Positions 6,846 through 13,020 of a DNA stretch of 13,020 nucleotides are shown here, piece by piece. The DNA lies in contig CATJSX010000123.1 of assembly GCA_949743265.1 (NCBI GenBank), positions 1-13,020 of the forward strand, given 5' to 3'. This stretch comes from an uncultured Peptococcaceae bacterium (GTDB lineage: Bacteria; Bacillota; Peptococcia; Peptococcales; Peptococcaceae). Made by a program: the position numbers and the translations under genes. Below the pieces are notes generated by a model. That model saw only the letters and a list, made by a program, of their open reading frames with translations. It made no database searches and was not told the origin of the DNA. Numbering within the stretch: the first letter of the stretch is position 1; the number at the start of each line of letters is the position of its first letter.

Positions 6846-8954
6846 TTACATAGTTTCGGTGAGAATCTGATAGACTGGAGCACCTTCACATTCTTTAGGA
6901 ATTTCAACGCCTAAAAGAACAGCAATAGTCGGCGCAACGTCTACTTCACGAATCCAGCGGTCGGTACGGTAATTCTTTTTGATTCCTTGACCAGCAGCAA
7001 AGAAAATAGGTGATAAAGAAGTATCGTTATAGCCTTGTGCCGTTGATAAACCGCTGCCATGTCCAACAGAATAATCGTCATGGACAAAACAAATAATATC
7101 GGCGCATAACGGACCGCCTAGTCCTAATAAAACAGCGTCTTTATTGTGTAGTGCCAGTGTAACGACACGATGACCTGTTTCAGGATCTTTTAAGCTGTAT
7201 AAATCCGTGATAACCCGTTCTTCCATTTCATATTTGTCTTCTGGTTCGACAATGCCATGGGGGTCTCTGCCTTTTAAGTTGATATAGATGCTACTGGAAC
7301 GAGTTTGGAAAGCCGTTGTCTTGCTCCAATCAACTTCTCTCATTTCATTGCCGTCAGCATCGCGTTTTAATACGGTGTAGCCAAATTGACGCAATGGATC
7401 AGCATTAACAAAACTAGTGTCGCCCATGCAGCGGGAACCATCGTTTTCACAGCAGTTCAAGCCATGGTCGGAGCAGACGATGATAGTCCAGCCTTCATCT
7501 AAATAATGCAGAAAAGAACCCAGATATTCATCAGTGGTTTGATAGGTTGCTTCTGCAAATTTGACCACTTCGCTTTCGTCATAACGGGAAGTAGGACGAT
7601 TCTTCATATATTTGATATAGTTGTGTGTTTGTAAATCAACATTATGATAATGAGAGAAAACAGCTTCTATGCCTTTTTCTTTGATAAGATACTGCATGCA
7701 ATCGGATTGCCATTTAGCAGCCATACGCCATTGTTCGTTATTACATTTCATAATCAAATCGGCATCGTTGCCGCTCATTTGGCTAGTTGGTGTTGGCGGA
7801 CCGAATAAATCAGTCAGTTCTTTGTGTAAAGATTTTGGGAAAAATACGCTGTCATCATTGCAGAGCATACCACAAGAAGCCCATATACGGACATAAGTAC
7901 CATCTTCAGCAACTTCTAATAGGCGCATATTGCGAGTAACTTTTGCTTCGCCTTGTGGCGTTGGGATAGTGTCATACACATGATCGGTAAAGACGTCGTT
8001 TTCTAAGATGACGATTTCTTTTTCGGTTTGTTTGTCTTTATAAATAGCCACGCGATCGTATTTGCCATTTTCATTTGGTAAAATCAACGCATAACGGATA
8101 ACTTTGCCGGATAAAAGTTGAATCATAAATTCTTTGCTGTTAGCAGGAATCTCAAATGCCCAATCTTCTGGCTCAGAAATTGGCGACATGGAACAACTAA
8201 TGCACCAATCTTCGACAGTCCACTGTACATGCTGATCTTCATCAGTGATAACGTCACACGAAACATAGCTGCTTTCAACTTTATAGCCGGGAACGTTAAT
8301 GAATTCTTCGTATTCTTTTCTGTATTTAGCAGCTTTTTCTGCCATTTCTTTGCCGCCTTTCTTTAAAGAACGGCGTCTTGGCCAAGTATAAGCTTTTAAT
8401 TCTTCGTCACCTTTTAAATCTGTTATAGGTGTGGATTTTATTTTATAGACAGGTTCTTTGGTTAAAGTGCTGGCAATAATAGCGGTGTCATCATCACATT
8501 TAGAACACCAACCGCAGCATGCGCCCGGGCTGGAACCGTCAATGGTGTATAAATTGTCGCTTTCGATAGATGGTGGGAAACTGCCGCCCGGCCAATGAAA
8601 GACTAAAGTTTTGATTCCTGCTTGTGCTGTAACGTTGAAAATAGGTTCTGCTTTCAAAAAGCGGGAAGAAAAAGCGCCTAAAGCAACATCTTTATCGGGA
8701 TCAGCTGAAATATTGTAGTCAGTGATACCGTGTGTCATAGGATAGCAGCCTGTTGCCAAAGTTGCCCATAATGGAGGCGTAATCGTTGGGTTTGCACCTA
8801 ATAACATTAAATCATCGCGGCAAGCGCCTGCATCAATCAATTTTTGGATGTTAGGTAATTTTCCTTCGTTTAACAAACGTTTGGTGAAACGAGGATCCAT
8901 ACCGTCTATCCCCAATACCATCAGTTTGTTGGTCAATCCTTTGTTTCTCAGCAT
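6846..8954 (-). CDS. Alkaline-phosphatase-superfamily protein, nucleotide pyrophosphatase/phosphodiesterase (NPP, type I phosphodiesterase)-like, 702 aa, no signal peptide
   Basis: N-terminal LMVLGIDGMDPRF...LGANPTITPPLWATLATGCYPMTHGITDY matches the NPP metal-ligand and Thr-nucleophile motif (fPTvTfPnh..l.TGlyPe.HGI). The C-terminal GHGSG...DVAPTIAVLLGVEIP matches the distal metal-site motif. RBS GAGGAGAG 7 nt upstream of the ATG. Confidence 0.78.
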   Translation of the reverse strand: MLRNKGLTNKLMVLGIDGMDPRFTKRLLNEGKLPNIQKLIDAGACRDDLMLLGANPTITPPLWATLATGCYPMTHGITDYNISADPDKDVALGAFSSRFLKAEPIFNVTAQAGIKTLVFHWPGGSFPPSIESDNLYTIDGSSPGACCGWCSKCDDDTAIIASTLTKEPVYKIKSTPITDLKGDEELKAYTWPRRRSLKKGGKEMAEKAAKYRKEYEEFINVPGYKVESSYVSCDVITDEDQHVQWTVEDWCISCSMSPISEPEDWAFEIPANSKEFMIQLLSGKVIRYALILPNENGKYDRVAIYKDKQTEKEIVILENDVFTDHVYDTIPTPQGEAKVTRNMRLLEVAEDGTYVRIWASCGMLCNDDSVFFPKSLHKELTDLFGPPTPTSQMSGNDADLIMKCNNEQWRMAAKWQSDCMQYLIKEKGIEAVFSHYHNVDLQTHNYIKYMKNRPTSRYDESEVVKFAEATYQTTDEYLGSFLHYLDEGWTIIVCSDHGLNCCENDGSRCMGDTSFVNADPLRQFGYTVLKRDADGNEMREVDWSKTTAFQTRSSSIYINLKGRDPHGIVEPEDKYEMEERVITDLYSLKDPETGHRVVTLALHNKDAVLLGLGGPLCADIICFVHDDYSVGHGSGLSTAQGYNDTSLSPIFFAAGQGIKKNYRTDRWIREVDVAPTIAVLLGVEIPKECEGAPVYQILTETM

Positions 8955-9013
8955 AATACCACTCTCCTCATAAAATCATTTTAATTCAGTGTGTGCATAG
9001 AACACAGAGTATC

Positions 9014-9050
9014 ATTATATGATAACTGTGCTGGGCAAGCAATAAATACT
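9014..9050 (-). promoter_or_regulatory. Candidate promoter of the AP-superfamily gene
   Basis: Perfect TATAAT on the - strand (+ strand 9014-9019) with a weak TTGCTT -35 17 nt upstream. Gives a 5' UTR of about 55 nt. Confidence 0.3.
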
Positions 9051-9322
9051 ATATATATAATATACAACTAATTCAAAATAAAATCTAATAACTATTTTAA
9101 GGCTTTTTTCAATAAGTAATAACCAATGATTATATGAATGTGGAATATTTGCCATTATCTGCTAAAGATGATTAAGCAACAACGGGTTAACAGTTATTTT
9201 TTGCTAGTTAGTCGTATTTATTTTTGGAGCTGAGAAGAAATTTTTTAAGTTCGCAACTTTTTTGTCATGATAAATAAAAATAACAGTGGTAAACTATGGT
9301 TAAAACGAAAGAGAGATGAACA

Positions 9323-10558
9323 ATGATGCAAATTATTGACAGCGAAAAAATTCGTCGACCTATCAAAATATGGGTTGACGATATGAATCATATTGAAGAA
9401 AGTTGTTTAGAGCAAGCCTATCATTTAGCCAATTTGCCTTTTATTTATCAATGGGTGGCATTGATGCCAGATACGCATACAGGAATGGGTATGCCTATTG
9501 GCGGTGTTATTGCCTGTCAGGATGTGATTATTCCTCATGCAGTGGGCAATGATATTGGTTGTGGCATGGCGTATATTAGTACCGATGTGCCGGCAGAACT
9601 TTTAACGGAGATTATCACGCCCAATGGCACACTGTTACAAGCAATAGTCGGTGATATCTTGCGCAATATTCCCGTAGGTTTTGCACATCACAAAACGGAT
9701 CAGCCTTCAGAAGTACTTGCAAAAGCGTCGCAAAATCCATCATTGTCTTTGAGCCGCCAAAGTGATTTATTGCCAGAGATTGAGGCGGCTTATCGGCAGA
9801 TTGGAACTTTGGGCGGTGGTAATCATTTTATTGAACTGCAAAAAGATGAAGCCGGCTATTTGGCGATTATGCTTCATTCAGGCAGTCGCCGTTTGGGCAA
9901 AGAAATATGTCATTATTTTAATCAACTGGCGAAAATGCTTAACGCACGCTGGCATACTAAAGTACCGGAGGAGTATGGTTTGCCGTTTTTGCCGATTGAC
10001 AGCGAAGAAGGGCAAGCGTATTTGGCGTGGATGACCTTAGCGTTAGATTTTGCTGAGGAAAATCGAGCCGTTATGTTAGAAAAAGTAAAACAGATTATCG
10101 AAAAATGGCTGGAAAAAATGGCGATTCCTATTCACTGGCAGGAAAATATTAACTGTCATCATAATTATGCTGCTTTGGAACATCATTATGGCCGCGATGT
10201 GTGGGTTCACCGCAAGGGAGCCACCAGCGCTCAACTTGGTCAATTAGCTATTATCCCCGGAGCAATGGGCAGTTTTAGCTATATAGTGGAAGGACTAGGC
10301 AATGCAGAAAGTTTTTGTTCATCTTCTCATGGTGCCGGTCGGCTATATTCTCGTAAAGGCGCTATGAAGGCTTTTTCTCAAGAAGAAGTCATAGTGGATT
10401 TAAAAAAACAAGGCGTTGTCTTAGGCAAACATCATAAAACGGATATTGCCGAAGAAAGCCGCTTTGCTTATAAAAATATTGAAGAAGTCATGGCTTTGCA
10501 AAATGATTTGGTTATTATCAAAAAACGATTGCAAACCATGGGCGTCATCAAGGGTTAA
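9323..10558 (+). CDS. rtcB: RtcB-family RNA 3'-phosphate/2',3'-cyclic-phosphate ligase
   Basis: 411 aa. All hallmark RtcB metal and GTP-binding motifs are present: MPDTHTGMG, GNDIGCGM, GGGNHFIEL, HHNYA, VHRKGATSA, PGAMGSFSY, SSSHGAGR. RBS AAAGAGAGA upstream of tandem ATG ATG. Confidence 0.92.
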   Translation: MMQIIDSEKIRRPIKIWVDDMNHIEESCLEQAYHLANLPFIYQWVALMPDTHTGMGMPIGGVIACQDVIIPHAVGNDIGCGMAYISTDVPAELLTEIITPNGTLLQAIVGDILRNIPVGFAHHKTDQPSEVLAKASQNPSLSLSRQSDLLPEIEAAYRQIGTLGGGNHFIELQKDEAGYLAIMLHSGSRRLGKEICHYFNQLAKMLNARWHTKVPEEYGLPFLPIDSEEGQAYLAWMTLALDFAEENRAVMLEKVKQIIEKWLEKMAIPIHWQENINCHHNYAALEHHYGRDVWVHRKGATSAQLGQLAIIPGAMGSFSYIVEGLGNAESFCSSSHGAGRLYSRKGAMKAFSQEEVIVDLKKQGVVLGKHHKTDIAEESRFAYKNIEEVMALQNDLVIIKKRLQTMGVIKG

Positions 10559-10567
10559 TTTGATATT

Positions 10568-10596
10568 TTGACTTCTTTATTCAAGAAGTGATGATA
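10568..10596 (+). promoter_or_regulatory. Possible sigma-70 promoter for the downstream ncRNA
   Basis: TTGACT -35 (10568-10573) with only weak -10 candidates (ATGATA/TGATAT) 17-18 nt downstream. Read-through from rtcB is equally possible because no terminator follows the rtcB stop. Confidence 0.2.
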
Positions 10597-10689
10597 TACC
10601 AGAACCGAAATTTTCTATATCAGGCATTTTGTATCTGCCGATGGTGCAGTCGGGTTTTACCCGTTGCTGTATGCCGAAAAAATTGGTTC

Positions 10690-10825
10690 AAAAAGAAGAT
10701 TGAAGGTTCGAGTCCTTCACTGTCAAAAGACAGTTGGCGAAACGGTTAACGCAAATGTAGAAGATGTGTTGATGGTTCGAGTCCATCACTGCAAAAGGCA
10801 GTTAGCGTAATTGGTAGCGCGATCT
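10690..10825 (+). ncRNA. Two tandem diverged tRNA-elbow-mimic modules (T-arm, capped acceptor-like helix, D-arm-like hairpin), a candidate Y-RNA/YrlA-like structured ncRNA
   Basis: Module A (10703-10752): GAAGG-TTCGAGT-CCTTC, ACTGTC-AAAA-GACAGT, GCG-AAACGGTTAA-CGC. Module B (10771-10820): GATGG-TTCGAGT-CCATC, ACTGC-AAAAG-GCAGT, GCGT-AATTGGTA-GCGC. The T-loop is identical to the tRNA consensus GGTTCGAnTCC. The module B D-arm differs by one nt from the canonical GCTCAGTTGGTAGAGC. A compensatory A:T to T:A change keeps the T-stem intact between copies, and helix changes are also compensated in the acceptor-like hairpin. Confidence 0.55.
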
Positions 10826-10888
10826 TGAAGTGACCAGTACAGTCATGAATCACATTATCCTAAGCAAAAGGATACCCACAACTATTCA

Positions 10889-10915
10889 TCGGCAAGGCGA
10901 GCCGACAGATTTTTT
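10889..10915 (+). terminator. Weak intrinsic terminator candidate after the tRNA-like ncRNA
   Basis: TCGGC-AAGGCGA-GCCGA 5-bp stem followed by CAGA and T6. A second small hairpin GACGC...GCGTC lies at 10916-10937. Confidence 0.35.
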
Positions 10916-11041
10916 GACGCAAAAGCAATATAGCGTCAAAACAATCGCGCGGCACCGAAAAAATGACCAGCAGAAGATAGGATACCGTTTAAAACCGTTT
11001 TTTGCCAGATAAAGAGCAGGGCTTTATTCCGCAAAAGCGCG

Positions 11042-11050
11042 TGTTAAACT
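11042..11050 (+). promoter_or_regulatory. Candidate extended -10 promoter (TGtTAAACT) for the repeat+SPFH gene
   Basis: TGnTAAACT motif about 78 nt upstream of the ATG, with a poor -35 (TTTATT). A strong RBS AAAAGGAGG lies 7 nt before the ATG at 11128. Confidence 0.25.
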
Positions 11051-11127
11051 AAATATCATCTCCGTCATTTCTTTGGTGCCAAACCGATGAATAACGATTT
11101 TTCCCTCAATTAAAAGGAGGTTTTTAT

Positions 11128-12657
11128 ATGTCAATGATTACAGAGCAGCAAGTCGGTATTTTAAGCAAAAACGGACGGTTCCAAAAAGTTTTAACCGCCG
11201 GTAAATACTATTATCCTCAAATTTTAGGCTATCAATTGGAAATTATTGAGGCAAATGGATTGGTACAGCCTCAATCTGTACCGCTGGCTATTTTAGCGAA
11301 AGATCCTAATTTTTGTCGCCTGACTGCTATGGTTGAAATAACGGATACAACATTAGCCGCTCATTACAAAGATGGATGCTTGTCAGAAATCATTTATACG
11401 TCTGGTCGGTATTATTATTGGAATATTTTACAAGATCATAGTTTCTTGCTGATAAGTTTAACGACGCCTGATATTGCTCAAGAAGTACCGTTGTCGTTGT
11501 TTGATCATATCAACAAACAATTTTTTATAGAGATTAACGTTGCCGAAGGCGAAGGGGCATTGGTGTACTTTGATAATAAATTAGAAAGATTATTAACCAA
11601 CGGTCATTATTATTTCTGGAATTATCTTACAAAAGTAACTTATAAGATTATTACGCTGAATTCACCCTTTATTTCTTGTGTGTCGCAAGGATTGGAAGCG
11701 GAATTATTAGCGGATCATCCTGCTATTGCTGAAAAGCTCGCCGTAATAGATGTGCCTGATGGCAACATTATGTTGCACTATGTCAATGAACGTTTGCTGG
11801 ATGCTTTGCCCAGCGGTTGGTATGGCTATTGGCAAACAAGCGGCGACCATACTTTTCGTTTGCTGGATATTACTGATGCGGAAAGTGCCAATACATTAGG
11901 CGACGAAAGCGAAACCATTTTTCGGGTAGTGAATGAAAAATGGTATGATCGTTATGACGTCGCTTCCGGTGAAGTCGGTTTGTTATATCGTGATAATGTG
12001 TTGATTAAGACACTTCCCAGCGGACGCTATTATTTTTGGCGGTATCGTGAGAAAATTACGCTGGAAATTTACGATTTGCGTTTGCAGCCATTAGATATTA
12101 CGGGTCAGGAGATATTAACTAATGATAAAGTAATGGTTCGTTTGAATTTTACCTGTACATATAGAATCGACGACCCTGTTGCCTTGGCTTCTGGTTTGCA
12201 AAATTACGCCAGTCAGTTATATACGTTCGTTCAGCTGGTGTTGCGAGAATATATCGGTCAGTATAAATTAGATGAACTGTTAGCGCAAAAAGAGCAGATT
12301 GCTTCTAAAGTATTGGCATTGTTGCAGGAACAGAATAAATTTGCTCTGACGTTTGTTAGCGCTGGGCTAAAGGATATTATTTTGCCCGGTGATGTTCGGG
12401 AGATTATGAATACTGTGCTTTTGGCAGAAAAGAAAGCCCAAGCCAATGTCATTACTCGACGTGAAGAAGTGGCTTCCACACGCAGTCTTTTGAATACGGC
12501 TAAATTGATGGACGAAAATCACACGCTTTATAAATTGAAAGAATTGGAGTATTTGGAGCGCATCTGTGATAGCGTCGGTTCAATTTCTGTTAGTGGCGGC
12601 GGGGATTTATTAGGACAATTGGAGCGTTTATTAGTAAGCAAAAAAACAGAAGAATAA
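11128..12657 (+). CDS. Soluble SPFH/band-7-domain protein with five N-terminal tandem ~67-aa beta-rich repeats
   Basis: The C-terminal region (aa ~280-480) fits the SPFH pattern: ...LEIYDLRLQPLDITGQEILTNDKVMVRLNFTCTYRIDDP...YKLDELLAQKEQIASKV...AGLKDIILPGDVREIMNTVLLAEKKAQANV. Five repeats share G-x-h-x-h-Y-x-[DN]-x-x-L-x3-L-x2-G-x-YY-x-W with the YY at aa 27, 95, 161, 232 and 301. Repeat 5 is the native SPFH N-terminal beta-segment. No hydrophobic TM segment is present. Confidence 0.85.
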   Translation: MSMITEQQVGILSKNGRFQKVLTAGKYYYPQILGYQLEIIEANGLVQPQSVPLAILAKDPNFCRLTAMVEITDTTLAAHYKDGCLSEIIYTSGRYYYWNILQDHSFLLISLTTPDIAQEVPLSLFDHINKQFFIEINVAEGEGALVYFDNKLERLLTNGHYYFWNYLTKVTYKIITLNSPFISCVSQGLEAELLADHPAIAEKLAVIDVPDGNIMLHYVNERLLDALPSGWYGYWQTSGDHTFRLLDITDAESANTLGDESETIFRVVNEKWYDRYDVASGEVGLLYRDNVLIKTLPSGRYYFWRYREKITLEIYDLRLQPLDITGQEILTNDKVMVRLNFTCTYRIDDPVALASGLQNYASQLYTFVQLVLREYIGQYKLDELLAQKEQIASKVLALLQEQNKFALTFVSAGLKDIILPGDVREIMNTVLLAEKKAQANVITRREEVASTRSLLNTAKLMDENHTLYKLKELEYLERICDSVGSISVSGGGDLLGQLERLLVSKKTEE

Positions 12658-12661
12658 AATG

Positions 12662-12698
12662 AAAAAAAGCGGTAGGAGAGAATCCTGTCGCTTTTTTT
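12662..12698. terminator. Bidirectional intrinsic terminator after the repeat+SPFH gene, shared with the convergent LysR-like gene
   Basis: A7 run, then nested stems AGCG...CGCT and AGGA...TCCT (12668-12692), then T7. Confidence 0.7.
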
Positions 12699-12701
12699 CA
12701 T

Positions 12702-13020
12702 TTAAGATAATGCATAATATTGTTTGGTGAAATTTACAAACGCTTCTCCCGCCGGTGTCAAGGAAGCATTTTGGGCGATAGCTAAACAGACGGTAAAATT
12801 TAAGTCTTCGCGAAACTCTATGGTTGCTAGAGAAGAAGAAGGCAGTGAAGCGACATTTTCGCCATGGATGATTTTCGTAGAAATGCCTATTCCTTGTCCA
12901 TTGGCAGGGGCTTGCGTATACAGTAGAAAATTATTAGTACTGTAAGATATATTATAGGCGCCGAAACTTGCAAACAATCGCAAGAGGATATCGTCTTCAT
13001 CTTGCGGTTGTGGTTTCAGC
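12702..13020 (-). CDS. LysR-family-like transcriptional regulator, C-terminal end only; the gene continues past the window end
   Basis: The - strand frame is open to nt 13019 (LKPQPQDEDDILL before the TTG). The C-terminal peptide ...GQGIGISTKIIHGENVASLP...FTVCLAIAQNASLTPAGEAFVNF resembles a LysR substrate-binding-domain C-terminus (GIallP...l.w.k..lspa.raFidf). The overlapping + strand 73-aa ORF has no RBS or support. Confidence 0.45.
   Translation of the reverse strand, partial: LKPQPQDEDDILLRLFASFGAYNISYSTNNFLLYTQAPANGQGIGISTKIIHGENVASLPSSSLATIEFREDLNFTVCLAIAQNASLTPAGEAFVNFTKQYYALS

Noticed and set aside
8955-9322. Sigma-54 (-24/-12) promoter plus RtcR-type control upstream of rtcB
   Set aside because: No TGGCAC-N5-TTGC-like element was found on the + strand. 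Only AT-rich sequence with weak sigma-70-like hexamers is present.
10703-10820. Two genuine tRNA genes or tRNA 3'-end remnants (attL/attR of an integrated element)
   Set aside because: - The T-arms are canonical, but no anticodon arm or 5' acceptor strand lies at the positions a cloverleaf requires.
- The element order is T-arm, capped helix, D-arm.
- The copies are only 68 nt apart with compensatory changes, which fits a structured tandem RNA rather than integration scars.
10690-10825. CRISPR array or other repeat-spacer structure
   Set aside because: There are only two diverged direct repeats (~70% identical), with no spacer-like unique inserts and no cas genes.
10830-11012. 60-aa ORF in the rtcB-SPFH intergenic region
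   Set aside because: It has no Shine-Dalgarno, spans the predicted terminator hairpins, and has basic low-complexity composition. The region is better explained as non-coding RNA and terminators.
12724-12945. + strand 73-aa ORF at the right edge
   Set aside because: It lies antisense to the longer - strand frame, which stays open to the window end and has LysR-like C-terminal similarity. The + strand ORF has no RBS and lies immediately after a terminator.
1-13020. Horizontally acquired island, mobile element or defence-system signatures across the window
   Set aside because: No integrase, transposase, inverted terminal repeats or flanking direct repeats were seen. GC content and codon usage appear uniform across the window.

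Overview
Low-GC (~40%) Firmicutes-like chromosomal window with two halves, an efflux cluster (1-6614) and an RtcB-centred locus (6846-12698). The coding and terminator content of the window is well supported; the Y-RNA and vault analogies below are hypotheses that need structure prediction and transcript data.

Left half (1-6614), a drug-efflux neighbourhood:
- a 5'-truncated MerR-family regulator;
- a convergent marR-MFS(DHA2/EmrB-like) operon with palindromic operator candidates;
- a translationally coupled heterodimeric ABC exporter pair (LmrCD/YheIH-like) with one degenerate ATP site.

Right half (6846-13020):
- a large cytoplasmic alkaline-phosphatase-superfamily (NPP-type) enzyme (6846-8954, - strand);
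- divergent from it across a 368-bp AT-rich spacer, an orphan rtcB RNA ligase (9323-10558) with no rtcA, rtcR or sigma-54 promoter visible;
- a 570-bp non-coding stretch holding two tandem, diverged, structurally covarying tRNA-elbow mimics (T-arm GGTTCGAGTCC, capped acceptor-like helix, D-arm-like GCGTAATTGGTAGCGC);
- a 509-aa soluble protein (11128-12657) with five ~67-aa tandem beta-rich repeats (G-x-YY-x-W motif) fused to a C-terminal SPFH/band-7 domain;
- a bidirectional terminator (12662-12698), then the 3' end of a LysR-like gene running off the window (12702-13020, - strand).

The most interesting hypothesis is that rtcB, the tRNA-like ncRNA and the repeat+SPFH protein form an undescribed RNA-repair or ribonucleoprotein module. 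The RNA would be Y-RNA/YrlA-like. The protein architecture is loosely reminiscent of major vault protein (beta repeats plus an SPFH-like shoulder).
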